Shown one piece after another: positions 10,141 through 19,465 of a stretch of DNA of 64,000 bases. The position numbers were made by a program, and so were the translations under genes. A model generated the notes under the pieces. The model saw nothing but the letters and a program-made list of their open reading frames with translations. It did not search any database and was not told where the DNA came from. The stretch spans positions 514-64,513 of the forward strand of contig CAZJWJ010000008.1 of assembly GCA_964549495.1 (NCBI GenBank), in the 5' to 3' direction. This DNA is from an uncultured Anaerolineales bacterium. Its GTDB lineage: Bacteria; Chloroflexota; Anaerolineae; Epilineales; Epilineaceae. How positions within the stretch are numbered: the first letter of the stretch is position 1; every line of letters begins with the position of its first letter.

Positions 10141-11328
10141 ATGCGAATCGTGATCGATGCGATGGGCGGTGATGCCGCGCCGAAGGCCCCGGTGGCCGGC
10201 GCGGTGCTGGCCGCGCGCGACTTCGGCGTGCCCATCGCGCTGGCCGGCCGGCCCGAGGTCATCGAGGCCGAGCTGGCCGGGCTGGAGCACGAAGGGCTGG
10301 ACATCGAGCTGGTTCCGGCCAGCCAGGTGGTGGCCATGGACGACTTGCAGCCGGCGGCCACCATGCGCAAGAGTCCGGACAGCTCCATCGCCCGCGGCCT
10401 CAAGTACGTTCGCCAGGGCCACGGCCGGGCCTTCGTCTCGGTGGGCCATACCGGCGCGGTGATGGCCGGCGCGCTGCTCTTCTTGGGCCGCAGCCCGGGC
10501 GTGCGGCGGCCGGCTCTGGTGGCGGCCTTCCCCACCCTGAACGGTCCCTGCGTGCTGATCGACGTGGGCGGCAACGTGGACGCCAAGCCGGACTTCCTGC
10601 AGCAGTTCGGCATCATGGGCGCCATCTACGCCGAGCGCGTGCTGGACATCCGCCAGCCGCGGGTGGGCCTGGTGACCATCGGCGAGGAGCGCGGCAAGGG
10701 CAACCAGGTGGTGCAGGCCGCCGTGCCGCTCCTCGAGGCGACCAACCTGCACTTCATCGGCAACATCGAGGGCCGCGACATCCCCGAGGGCCATGCCGAC
10801 GTGGCGGTGATGGACGGCTTCACCGGCAACATCGTCATCAAGTTCGCCGAGGGCGTGGGCCAGCTGGTCAGCCAGATCTTCCGCGAGGAGATCCGGCGCG
10901 ATCCGATCAGCGCCTTCGGGGGCCTGCTCATGCAGCCGGCCTTCGGCCGCGCCCGCCGGCGCATGGATTACCGCGCCTACGGCGGCGCGACCCTGCTGGG
11001 CGCGCGGGGCATCGTGGTCATCGGTCACGGCCGCTCGGACGCCGAGGGGGTCAAGAAGGCCATCGAGGTGGCCCTGCGCGCGGCCGAGAACAAGGTGGTC
11101 GAGGCCATCGAGGCCGGCGTGGCGCATCCGGACCACGTACCCGAGGCCGACGAGGATCCGGATGCCGGCCGGGGATCGGGCCCCGGCTCTGAACCGGGCT
11201 CGGACAAGGACTCGGATGCGGACTCGGGCGCGGATGCGGATCCGAGCCGGGATTCGAACCCGACTTCGGCGCCCGATGATTCCATCGACGCCGAGACCGA
11301 AGCGCGTCAGGCGCCGGAGCCGGCATGA
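10141..11328 (+). CDS. plsX: phosphate acyltransferase PlsX with acidic low-complexity C-terminal tail
   Basis: MRIVIDAMGGDAAPKAPV is the canonical PlsX N-terminus, and the protein matches the family over its full length. There is a ~65-aa D/S/G/P-rich tail. An alternative ATG lies at 10132. Confidence 0.93.
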   Translation: MRIVIDAMGGDAAPKAPVAGAVLAARDFGVPIALAGRPEVIEAELAGLEHEGLDIELVPASQVVAMDDLQPAATMRKSPDSSIARGLKYVRQGHGRAFVSVGHTGAVMAGALLFLGRSPGVRRPALVAAFPTLNGPCVLIDVGGNVDAKPDFLQQFGIMGAIYAERVLDIRQPRVGLVTIGEERGKGNQVVQAAVPLLEATNLHFIGNIEGRDIPEGHADVAVMDGFTGNIVIKFAEGVGQLVSQIFREEIRRDPISAFGGLLMQPAFGRARRRMDYRAYGGATLLGARGIVVIGHGRSDAEGVKKAIEVALRAAENKVVEAIEAGVAHPDHVPEADEDPDAGRGSGPGSEPGSDKDSDADSGADADPSRDSNPTSAPDDSIDAETEARQAPEPA

Positions 11329-12041
11329 GATCCGTCCGTCACGACTCGCTGGCGCGCAAGCGCCGCAACCAGGCCATCGCGCTGTCGCTGATCGGCGTGG
11401 CGGTGCTGATCGTCGGCCTGGTGCTCAACTTCCAGCTGCGCTACGGCGCGGCCTACGTGGCCCTGATCACGGGCACCATCATCAGCTGGATCGGCGTGGT
11501 GCTGACCGACCGCTGGGTCTCCATCCCCCGCCCGGACAAGACTCTGGACGAAGCCCTGGACTCGGTCACCGGCCGCGTCTACGCCCTCTACCACTGGTCA
11601 CTGCCGGCGGCCGGCCACGTGCTGCTCGCCCCCTGGGGCCTCACCGTCCTCTTCGTCCACAACCACGACGGTGCGGCCCACATCGAGGGCGAGCGCTGGC
11701 GCGACCGCCGCGCGCTCTGGAAGCGCCTGACCCGCTTCGCCCGCCGCCCCCTGCGCCACCCGGGCAAGCTCCTCGAACTGGAGGTCGAGAGCCTGCGCGA
11801 GGCCCTGGCCGAGGCCGAGCCCGGCCTGGCCGACACCCCCATCGATGCCGCGGTCCTCTTCAGCCATCCCGCCGCGCGCATCGAGGTCGCGTCCTCGGAC
11901 CTGCCCATCCTCACCCCCGACGAGTTGCCCACCTGGATCCGCCGCAGCCTCAAGGCCAAGCCCCGCCTGGCGCCGGCCGACCGCCTGAAGCTCGAGCAAA
12001 CCCTCGACGCGATGGCCGAGGAGCGCATGGCGCCGAAGTAG
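11325..12041 (+). CDS. membrane protein, possible NERD-like domain
   Basis: ATGA overlap with the plsX stop. Two TM helices, then HVLLAPWGLTVLFVHNHDG..., reminiscent of the NERD core strand pattern (weak, recall-based). Confidence 0.5.
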   Translation: MRSVRHDSLARKRRNQAIALSLIGVAVLIVGLVLNFQLRYGAAYVALITGTIISWIGVVLTDRWVSIPRPDKTLDEALDSVTGRVYALYHWSLPAAGHVLLAPWGLTVLFVHNHDGAAHIEGERWRDRRALWKRLTRFARRPLRHPGKLLELEVESLREALAEAEPGLADTPIDAAVLFSHPAARIEVASSDLPILTPDELPTWIRRSLKAKPRLAPADRLKLEQTLDAMAEERMAPK

Positions 12042-12060
12042 GCGCTCTTCAGATGCTTGC

Positions 12061-13728
12061 CTATCGGCTGGATCGATAGAGACCCCAGTCCTCTTCGCCG
12101 GGTCGCGGCTCGATGTCGATCGCATCGAAGGCCTGGCCCCATTCTCGAAGCGTCTCGGCCGTATCCCCGGCCAAGAACATGACGATGTCGGCCCCCACAC
12201 CAAGAACATGATTCATCTCCTCGGCAGGCGACTGATCGTAGTCGATGCCATCGAGCGTCAAGAGGTACTCGACCGCGCGCCGCGGCTGTCCTCCGGCCCG
12301 CCACGCGACATCTTTGAGCTCGCGGTCGACGAAGACCGCCACGCCCTGGTCGAACGCGGCCTCGGCCTCGTCGAGCATCGACCAGAGGCGCCGATTGTCG
12401 TACTGCTCCCGGTAGGCGTCGCGTTGCCACCACACGCCGCGCAGCGCGGGCAGCAGGATCAAGGCGGTGATGCCGACGGGCCATAGCCAGGCGCGCCACG
12501 GCAAGCCGCGCGCGACGACGCCGACGTGAGGCATGTCGCCTGACTCTAGCGCTCCCCTGTGGGCAGCGAGCAGACTGCCAGCTGCCGCGAAGAGCAAGGG
12601 CAGCGAGTAGCCCAGGTAGCGCGCCTCCAGGAAGCCCTGCCAGTTGCGGTTGAAGAGCGGGAGGCCCAGCAAGGCCAGGCCCACCAGGGTCAGCGGCATG
12701 CGGCGACCGACCTCGGGGCCCGATTCAAGCCGACTCCGGGCCAACAAGAAGGACGCAACCAACAGGCCGATGGCCCACATCCAACTGGCGACGATCCAAA
12801 CCGGGTCGCCGGTCGGTCCGTTCAGGTCGAAACCGCCCAGCACGGATCGTCCCAGCTGGGCCACGGCGGCCAGGCTGCCGGCCGGCCCAGGCGCCACGTC
12901 GCCCGGTGCCCAGTTCACCGAAGCGCTGGCCTCCGAGAGGGTCTGGAAGCCGTCGCGCAGGTTGAAGACGATCACCGGCCCGTAGGCCACCAGGCTGGCC
13001 GCGACCGCCGCCCAAGGCCAGGGGCCGCGCAGCAGGGCGCGACGGTCGGCGTCCAGCAGCCACCACAGCGCGGCGCCTGCGAGCAGGACCAGCACCGACG
13101 GGTGGGTTTGCAGGGAGAGGCCGGCCAGGAGGCCGGCGGCCAGCAGCCAAGGGCCAGGGCCGGAGCCGCGCTTGGATCCGGGCCCCGACCCTGATCGACC
13201 CCGATCGGACCTTCGATCCCGACACAGGCGCGCGGCCCGCAGCAAGCAGATCAGCGTCAGGCTGGTCCACAGCGGCGTCGATGCGTTGGACCAGGCCACG
13301 CGGCCGTTGACCAGCACCGGGGTGAAGGCGGTGGCCATCATGGCCGCGGCCAGGCCGGCGGCCAGCGGGCGCCGGCGCGGGGGCGCCAGCTGCCAGCCGA
13401 TGGCGTAGGTCGCCGCCACCGTGGCCAGGCTCAGTGCCATGGCGAAGAGCCGTGGCAGGGCGGCGCTGCTGCCGAAGATCCGCAGGGCCGCGGCCAGGAG
13501 ATAGGCCCAGAACGGACCGTTGTAGGCATCGGTATGCGTCAGGGGCAGGGCACCGGCGAAGGCGATGTCCCAGGCCCAGAGCACCTCGCTGGTCTCGTCG
13601 GTCAGGTGCGGCACCTGCTGCAGGCCGATGCCGCGCAGCAGCGCGGCCAGCAGCAGGATCGCGGCCAGGCCCAGCCAGGCCCGGCGGCGGGAGTCGAGGC
13701 GCGCCGCGAAACGCGTCACGATGCTCAT
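12061..13728 (-). CDS. GT39/ArnT-like (PMT family) membrane glycosyltransferase, paralog 1
   Basis: Start at the ATG at 13728 (MSIVTRF...); the track's longer N-terminus is junk. Multi-TM, with the N-terminal loop motif HLTDETSEV...THTDAYNGPFWAY shared with the upstream paralog. Confidence 0.75.
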   Translation of the reverse strand: MSIVTRFAARLDSRRRAWLGLAAILLLAALLRGIGLQQVPHLTDETSEVLWAWDIAFAGALPLTHTDAYNGPFWAYLLAAALRIFGSSAALPRLFAMALSLATVAATYAIGWQLAPPRRRPLAAGLAAAMMATAFTPVLVNGRVAWSNASTPLWTSLTLICLLRAARLCRDRRSDRGRSGSGPGSKRGSGPGPWLLAAGLLAGLSLQTHPSVLVLLAGAALWWLLDADRRALLRGPWPWAAVAASLVAYGPVIVFNLRDGFQTLSEASASVNWAPGDVAPGPAGSLAAVAQLGRSVLGGFDLNGPTGDPVWIVASWMWAIGLLVASFLLARSRLESGPEVGRRMPLTLVGLALLGLPLFNRNWQGFLEARYLGYSLPLLFAAAGSLLAAHRGALESGDMPHVGVVARGLPWRAWLWPVGITALILLPALRGVWWQRDAYREQYDNRRLWSMLDEAEAAFDQGVAVFVDRELKDVAWRAGGQPRRAVEYLLTLDGIDYDQSPAEEMNHVLGVGADIVMFLAGDTAETLREWGQAFDAIDIEPRPGEEDWGLYRSSR

Positions 13729-15557
13729 CGCGGCCACGAGATCGTCGCACCGGGGTCGGCGAGAACCAGGATCGGCTCGCCGGCCGCAGCTCGCTGCGAT
13801 CCTTGCTCCGAGCCTCCGGGAGCCCCTGGTTCCAGACTTCGATCCGCGTCGGGACCCGCTTCGGGATCCCGCAGCAAGAGCTGCCAACCCTCGGCATCCA
13901 TCCGCGTCTCCAGCTCGAAACCCTCCGCGGCCAGTGCGTCGGCCGTCCCGTCGGCGGCCAGGATCCAGTAGCGGGTCCGCTCGTCCTCGAGCAGGAACCA
14001 GCGCAGCTCGTCGACATCGCTGAGCTGGGCCGGCAGCCCGCGCAAGACCAGCAGATGCTCGAAGGCCCGGACCGGGTCGCCGCCGCCCTCCAGCTTGATC
14101 GGCCGCATGGCCTTGTCGATCCAGATCTGGGCCTCGGCCGGGGCCTCCGGGTCGGCCGGATCGGAGGTCCATACGTCGTCCTCCTGCTCGAGCCGTTCGA
14201 CGGCGGCGATCAACGGGGCATTGGTCCGGCCGGCGGCCGCCTCGCGCTGGTAGTAGGCGCCGACCGAGAGCAGAGAGTAGGCGGAGATCAGCGCGACGAT
14301 CATCCACGCCCTGCGCCGCGGGCGCGTCCCATCCAGCCAGACGGCCAGGGCGGTGAAGGACAAGGGCAACAGGAAGCCCAGGTAGCGCATGTCGTAGAAG
14401 CTCTGGTAGTTGCGGTTGACCAGGGGCAGGATGAGGATGCCGGCCCAGGCCAGGGCGGCCGGCAGGCTGGACCCGCGCAGCAGGTCGCGCGCCAGAGCTG
14501 CCAAGAGGAGCAGCGCGACGGCAAGGCCGGCCAGGGGACGCAGCGCGTCGGTGACGGCCACGAGCGGACCGGGGACCGGCTCGCCGGGCTCGACCGGCCG
14601 GCCGGCCGCGGCCGCGCGGCCCAGCTGTCCCGTCAGGGCGGCCAGGTTGCGGGCCAGGGCCGGCGGCGAGAAGTCGCGGTTGACCGGCTGCGACTCGGCG
14701 GTGGCATCGTCCAGGCTCGTCGCCACCCCGTCCTCGGGCTCACCGTAGGCCGCCAGGTTGTGGATGATCATGGGCGAGAGGCCGAGGAGGAAGAGGGCCA
14801 GGGCCAGGCCGGCCGCGGGACGGAGCAGCCGCGCGCGGCGGGGAGGGCAGGCCAGGATCCAGATCGCGGCACCGACCAGGGGCGCGATGGCCGAGGGGTG
14901 GGTCTGCAGGGCCAGGGCCCAGACCAGGCCGGCGGCCAGCAGCCAGCCGGTCGAGGTCGCGGGCGACGTGTCGCGCTCGACCGAGTCCCCGGTGGCGGTT
15001 GCTTCCGTCTCCTTGTCGCCCAGTCCCCCGCGCTTCGATGATGCCCGGACGGGAGCCGCGCCGGAAGCGGTGTCCCGCCCCACGACGCCCCGCTCCGAGA
15101 AAGCGCGTGCGGTCGCCAGCGCGGCCAGGGTCACCATCGCCGGTGTGGCGTGGTTGCTCCAGGCCACGTGACTCTCCAGGGCGATGGGCGCGAAGGCACA
15201 GGCCTGCAGGAGGCCGGCCAGCCGGGCCGCCCGCGGTCCGGCCAGGGCGCGGGCCAGGGCGTAGGTGGTCAGGACGCTGGCCAGGCCCAGGGCCAGCGCG
15301 TAGAAGCGCGGGAGCCCGGGGCGGGGCCCGAAGATGCGCAGGACGCCGGCCAGACCATAGGCCCAGACAGGCCCGCGGTAGGCATCGTTGTGGACCAGCG
15401 GCCGCTGGCCCTCGAAGGCGATCTCGAGGGCCGCAGCCACCTCGCTGGTCTCGTCGGTCAGGCGCGGGATCTCTTGCAGCTCCGGCAGGCGCAGGGCGAA
15501 GGCCAGGGCCAAGAGGCCGAACAGCAGGGCGATCTCGCGTCTACCGGGTGCGGACAT
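13725..15557 (-). CDS. GT39/ArnT-like (PMT family) membrane glycosyltransferase, paralog 2
   Basis: 610 aa, multi-TM, with RLTDETSEV...VHNDAYRGPVWAY. 4-bp ATGA overlap with paralog 1. Confidence 0.75.
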   Translation of the reverse strand: MSAPGRREIALLFGLLALAFALRLPELQEIPRLTDETSEVAAALEIAFEGQRPLVHNDAYRGPVWAYGLAGVLRIFGPRPGLPRFYALALGLASVLTTYALARALAGPRAARLAGLLQACAFAPIALESHVAWSNHATPAMVTLAALATARAFSERGVVGRDTASGAAPVRASSKRGGLGDKETEATATGDSVERDTSPATSTGWLLAAGLVWALALQTHPSAIAPLVGAAIWILACPPRRARLLRPAAGLALALFLLGLSPMIIHNLAAYGEPEDGVATSLDDATAESQPVNRDFSPPALARNLAALTGQLGRAAAAGRPVEPGEPVPGPLVAVTDALRPLAGLAVALLLLAALARDLLRGSSLPAALAWAGILILPLVNRNYQSFYDMRYLGFLLPLSFTALAVWLDGTRPRRRAWMIVALISAYSLLSVGAYYQREAAAGRTNAPLIAAVERLEQEDDVWTSDPADPEAPAEAQIWIDKAMRPIKLEGGGDPVRAFEHLLVLRGLPAQLSDVDELRWFLLEDERTRYWILAADGTADALAAEGFELETRMDAEGWQLLLRDPEAGPDADRSLEPGAPGGSEQGSQRAAAGEPILVLADPGATISWPR

Positions 15558-15560
15558 TCC

Positions 15561-16709
15561 CTAGAACTCGGCCAGGGGCACCGGGGTGAAGAGCAGGAAG
15601 AAGAGGATCAGCGTGGCGATGCCCAAGACCTTGCGCGGGGTGTCCAGCGGCGTCAGGTCGTTGAGCGCCGGCGGGTGGTCGAGGCCCATGAAGAGCACCA
15701 GGAGCATCATCAGCACGTAGCTGGGCGACAAGAGCAGCGCCACACCGATGGCTGCCAGGAACATGCCGCGGGCCACCCATCGATGCCAGCGCCCGAATAG
15801 CGCGTAGGCGATATGCCCGCCGTCCAGCTGGGACACCGGGAAGAGGTTGAGCGCGGTGATCAGGAAGCCCCACCAGCCGGCCATCAAGAGCGGGTTCATG
15901 AAGATGTCGGTGCCCGGCGGCCGCTCGCCGACGATCCAGAGCGCCATCCACTGGAAGAGCAAGGGCTCGCCGAAGCTCATGCCGGTCTGACCCGGCGGCA
16001 TGGCGACAACCTCGGCCTGGCTCAGGCCCATCGCCACCACCGGGATCGCGATGACCAGGCCGGCCAAGGGGCCGGCGATGCCCACGTCGAAGAGGGCCTT
16101 GCGCGACTCGAAGGGCGACTGGATGCGGATCACCGCCCCCAGCGTGCCGGTCAGGCGGTTGAGCGGAAAGGGGATGAAGTAGGGCAGGCTGACGTCCAGG
16201 TCGTAGCGTCGCGCCACGAAGTAATGACCGAACTCGTGAACACCGAGGATCCCCAAGAGCGCGATGGTGAAGGGCAGGCCGTGGACCCAGTTGGCCTGCA
16301 TCAACCCCCAGGTCTCGGCCAGCGAGAGGTTCTGGTCCGGGCTGATGCCCAGCTGCTCGGTGTTGGCGAAGACCCATTGCATGGTCCCGCTCATCCAGGT
16401 CGAGAAGAGGGTTATCAGGAAGAGCAGGGGGTGCACCCAGGGCCTCGATCGCTTGGGCTGGGTGGTGTCGGGCCAGGCCACGACCAGGTCCTGGCCGCGC
16501 TCGTGGCGCAACAGGGCCAGGTAGCCGCGGGCCTTGAAGCGCTGGGCGATGTGCTGGTAGACCAGCTCCGGGCTGCGCAGGAACTCGCCGGCGAAGACCA
16601 CCGTCTGGCCCGGGCCGCGATCGTTGACGCTATGGATGTTGAAGACGCCGACCAAATCGTCCTCGAGGCCCAGGACGCGGTCGTCGGAAGGGATCCACTC
16701 GGGCTTCAC
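15561..16709 (-). CDS. M50-family site-2 metalloprotease
   Basis: HEFGHYFVARR (HExxH) in a TM helix and LFPVSQLDGGH (second metal-ligand motif). GTG start. Ends 3 nt before the GT39 paralog 2 start. Confidence 0.85.
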   Translation of the reverse strand: MKPEWIPSDDRVLGLEDDLVGVFNIHSVNDRGPGQTVVFAGEFLRSPELVYQHIAQRFKARGYLALLRHERGQDLVVAWPDTTQPKRSRPWVHPLLFLITLFSTWMSGTMQWVFANTEQLGISPDQNLSLAETWGLMQANWVHGLPFTIALLGILGVHEFGHYFVARRYDLDVSLPYFIPFPLNRLTGTLGAVIRIQSPFESRKALFDVGIAGPLAGLVIAIPVVAMGLSQAEVVAMPPGQTGMSFGEPLLFQWMALWIVGERPPGTDIFMNPLLMAGWWGFLITALNLFPVSQLDGGHIAYALFGRWHRWVARGMFLAAIGVALLLSPSYVLMMLLVLFMGLDHPPALNDLTPLDTPRKVLGIATLILFFLLFTPVPLAEF

Positions 16710-16795
16710 GGTCTTGCCTTGCTCAAGCTAGGCGGCCGGCCGGCCGCTCGGCGGATTGTAGCATGCCGGCCGCAACCCGACCCGGCAGAGCGTGT

Positions 16796-16801
16796 TATAA
16801 T
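16796..16801 (+). promoter_or_regulatory. candidate extended -10 box (TGTTATAAT) upstream of fabF
   Basis: TATAAT at 16796-16801 preceded by TGT, about 95 nt upstream of the fabF ATG. No clear -35. Confidence 0.35.
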
Positions 16802-16895
16802 CACCGGGTTGCCGCCGGCGCCGCCCGCGCGGCAGTTCCGATTGGATCGCCTGGTCCCCCCGTCCCGCCCCCTAGCGACCCTGGATGCTCGTCCC

Positions 16896-18170
16896 ATGAC
16901 TTCGACCCGCGTCTTCATCACCGGCCTGGGCGCCGTCACGCCCGTCGGCCCGAACGTTCCCTCCTCCTGGGAGGCCCTGGTGGCCGGGCGCTCCGGCCTT
17001 GGCCCCATCACCCACTTCGACGCCCAGGGCATGGGCTTCGAGGTCCGCGCCGCCGGCGAGGTCGAGGACTTCGACCCCGAGCCGGTCATCGGCAAGCGCG
17101 ACGCGCGCCGCATGGACCGCGTCACCCAATTTGCTGTCGTGGCGGCTCACGAGGCCCTGAGCGACGCCGGGCTGCTGGATGCCGAGTCGGGCTTGCTCGA
17201 TGCCGGCCTGGCCACGCCCGAGCGGGTGGGCACCTACGTCGGCTCGGGCATCGGGGGCATCGGCACCATCCTCGAGCAGCAGGACGTGCTGCGCGATCGC
17301 GGGGTCCGGCGGGTCAGCCCCTTCACCATCCCCATGCTGCTGGCCGACTCGGTGCCGGGCAGCGTGGCCATCCAGTTCGGGCTCAAGGGTCCCAACATGG
17401 CCCACCTCTCGGCCTGCGCCTCGGGCGCCAACGCCATCGGCGAGGCCTTCGAGGCCATCCGCCGCGGCGCGGCCGACCTGATGGTCACCGGCGGCGCCGA
17501 GGCCGGCATCACCCCGCTGGGCGTGGCCGGCTTCCAGAACATGGGCGCCCTGTCCAAGTTCCAGGGCGACCCACGGCTGGCCAGCCGGCCCTTCGACGCC
17601 GAGCGCGACGGCTTCGTCATCGGCGAGGGCGCCGGCGTGATCGTGCTGGAGAGCGAGGCCAGCGCCCGGGCGCGCGGCGCCCGCATCTACGCCGAGCTCT
17701 TGGGCTACGGCAGCACGGCCGACGCCTCGCACATCACCGCGCCGGCCGAGGACGGCGAAGGCATCCTGCGCGCCATCCACGCCGCGCTGGAGACGGCCGG
17801 GCTGTCCGCCGACGCCATCGATTACGTCAACGCCCACGGCACCTCGACCCCGCTCAACGACGTCACCGAGACCGTGGCGATGAAGACCCTCTTCGGCCCG
17901 CGCGCCGGCCAGGTGCCGATCAGCTCGATCAAGAGCATGATCGGTCACCTCTTGGGCGCCGGCGGCGCGGTCGAGGCCGTGGCCTGCGCGCTGGCCGTGC
18001 ACGAAGGCGTGATCCCACCGACCATCAACCTGCGCACGCCCGACCCGGACTGCGATCTGGACTACGTACCCGAGGGCGCGCGACGACCCGAGGACGGCCC
18101 GCGCGTCGCCCTGTCCTCGGCCCTGGGCTTCGGCGGCCACAACGCCGCGCTGCTCTTCGGCCGGGTCTGA
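16896..18170 (+). CDS. fabF: 3-oxoacyl-ACP synthase II
   Basis: Start at the ATG at 16896 (MTSTRVFITGLGAVTPVG). Active-site Cys context HLSACASG and the His pair (NAHGTSTP, KSMIGHLLGAGG). 424 aa. Confidence 0.95.
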   Translation: MTSTRVFITGLGAVTPVGPNVPSSWEALVAGRSGLGPITHFDAQGMGFEVRAAGEVEDFDPEPVIGKRDARRMDRVTQFAVVAAHEALSDAGLLDAESGLLDAGLATPERVGTYVGSGIGGIGTILEQQDVLRDRGVRRVSPFTIPMLLADSVPGSVAIQFGLKGPNMAHLSACASGANAIGEAFEAIRRGAADLMVTGGAEAGITPLGVAGFQNMGALSKFQGDPRLASRPFDAERDGFVIGEGAGVIVLESEASARARGARIYAELLGYGSTADASHITAPAEDGEGILRAIHAALETAGLSADAIDYVNAHGTSTPLNDVTETVAMKTLFGPRAGQVPISSIKSMIGHLLGAGGAVEAVACALAVHEGVIPPTINLRTPDPDCDLDYVPEGARRPEDGPRVALSSALGFGGHNAALLFGRV

Positions 18171-18189
18171 GGGATCGGGGGATGACCCC

Positions 18190-19386
18190 ATGATGACCGA
18201 ACGATACGCGCACGTCACCGGCTGGGGCGCCTACGTGCCCGAGCGCATCGTGACCAACGACGACCTGGCCCAGCTGGTGCCGACCAGCGACCAGTGGATC
18301 CGCGAGCGCACCGGCATCGCCGAGCGCCGCATCGCCGACGAGGGGGTCTGGACCTCGACCATGGGCATCGAGGCCGGCCGGCGCGCCCTGCGCAAGGCCA
18401 ACCTCTCGCCGGATCAGCTCGACTTGGTCATCTGCGCCACCAGCACGCCCGACTACCTGATGCCCAACACGGCCAGCCTGATCCAGGACGGCCTCAGCGC
18501 CAACCAGGCGGCGGCCTTCGACCTCAATGCCGCCTGCTCGGGCTTCGTCTACGCCATGGTGGTGGGCGCGGCCATGATCCGCTCCGGCACCTACGACAAC
18601 GTCTTGGTCATCGGCTCCGAGGCCATGTCGCGGGTGATGAACTGGTCGGACCGCACGACCTGCGTGCTCTTCGGCGATGGCGCCGGCGCCCTGCTGCTGC
18701 AAGCCTCCGACGAACCCGGCGGCCTGCTATCCAGCCGGCTGGGCTCCGACGGCTCCGGCGGCGACCTCTTGACGGTCGGCCTGGGCACGCGCATCCCCCT
18801 GACGCAGGCGCGGGTGGCGGCCGGCGACCCCTTCATGAAGATGAACGGCCAGCAGGTCTTCCGCTTCGCCACCCGCATCATGGCCCAGGCCACCAGGGAA
18901 GTCACCGAATCGGCCAGCCTCGACATCGAGGACATCGACCTGATCGTGCCCCACCAGGCCAACACGCGCATCCTGCAGGTGGCCTCCAAGCAGCTGGGCC
19001 TGCCGCCGGAGCGCATCTACAGCAACCTGCACCGCTTCGGCAACACCTCGGCGGCCAGCGTGCCCCTGGCGCTGGTCGACGCCATCGAGGAGGGTCGGGT
19101 CCACGCCGGCGACCACTTGGTGATGGTCGGCTTCGGCGGCGGCCTCACCTGGGGCGCCTGCCTGCTCGAATGGACCTTCGACCCCCAGGAACGCTCCTGG
19201 TCGATCCGCCAGCGCAGCCTGCGCTGGACCCGCGCCCGCATCGCCCGCGCCCGGCGCTTCCTGCACCGCGCCGACCGCCGCCTGGCCGCCCTGGGCAGCC
19301 GCGTCGGCCGCAAGGGCCGCGAACGCAGCCCCTGGCACGGCGCCGCCGACCGCAATGGCCACGGCGGCGATCCGGCCGAGGACTGA
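18190..19386 (+). CDS. fabH: 3-oxoacyl-ACP synthase III with Arg-rich C-terminal extension
   Basis: TSDQWIRERTGIAERR, NAACSGFVYA (active-site Cys), HQANTRI, GNTSAASVP. There is a ~70-aa basic tail beyond the usual ~330 aa. Confidence 0.93.
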   Translation: MMTERYAHVTGWGAYVPERIVTNDDLAQLVPTSDQWIRERTGIAERRIADEGVWTSTMGIEAGRRALRKANLSPDQLDLVICATSTPDYLMPNTASLIQDGLSANQAAAFDLNAACSGFVYAMVVGAAMIRSGTYDNVLVIGSEAMSRVMNWSDRTTCVLFGDGAGALLLQASDEPGGLLSSRLGSDGSGGDLLTVGLGTRIPLTQARVAAGDPFMKMNGQQVFRFATRIMAQATREVTESASLDIEDIDLIVPHQANTRILQVASKQLGLPPERIYSNLHRFGNTSAASVPLALVDAIEEGRVHAGDHLVMVGFGGGLTWGACLLEWTFDPQERSWSIRQRSLRWTRARIARARRFLHRADRRLAALGSRVGRKGRERSPWHGAADRNGHGGDPAED

Positions 19387-19465
19387 TCTCGGGCATCCCT
19401 AGACGTCTAGACGTCGAAGACCAGCCGTCGAAGACCGCTCGAGATCTCGTGACAGCCCGACCGCG

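Noticed and set aside
19387-19465. Palindrome and direct repeats after fabH (ctagacgtctagacgtc; gtcgaagacc x2)
   Set aside because: They are short and AT-poor, with no convincing stem-loop plus T-tract, and could arise by chance. No function is assignable.
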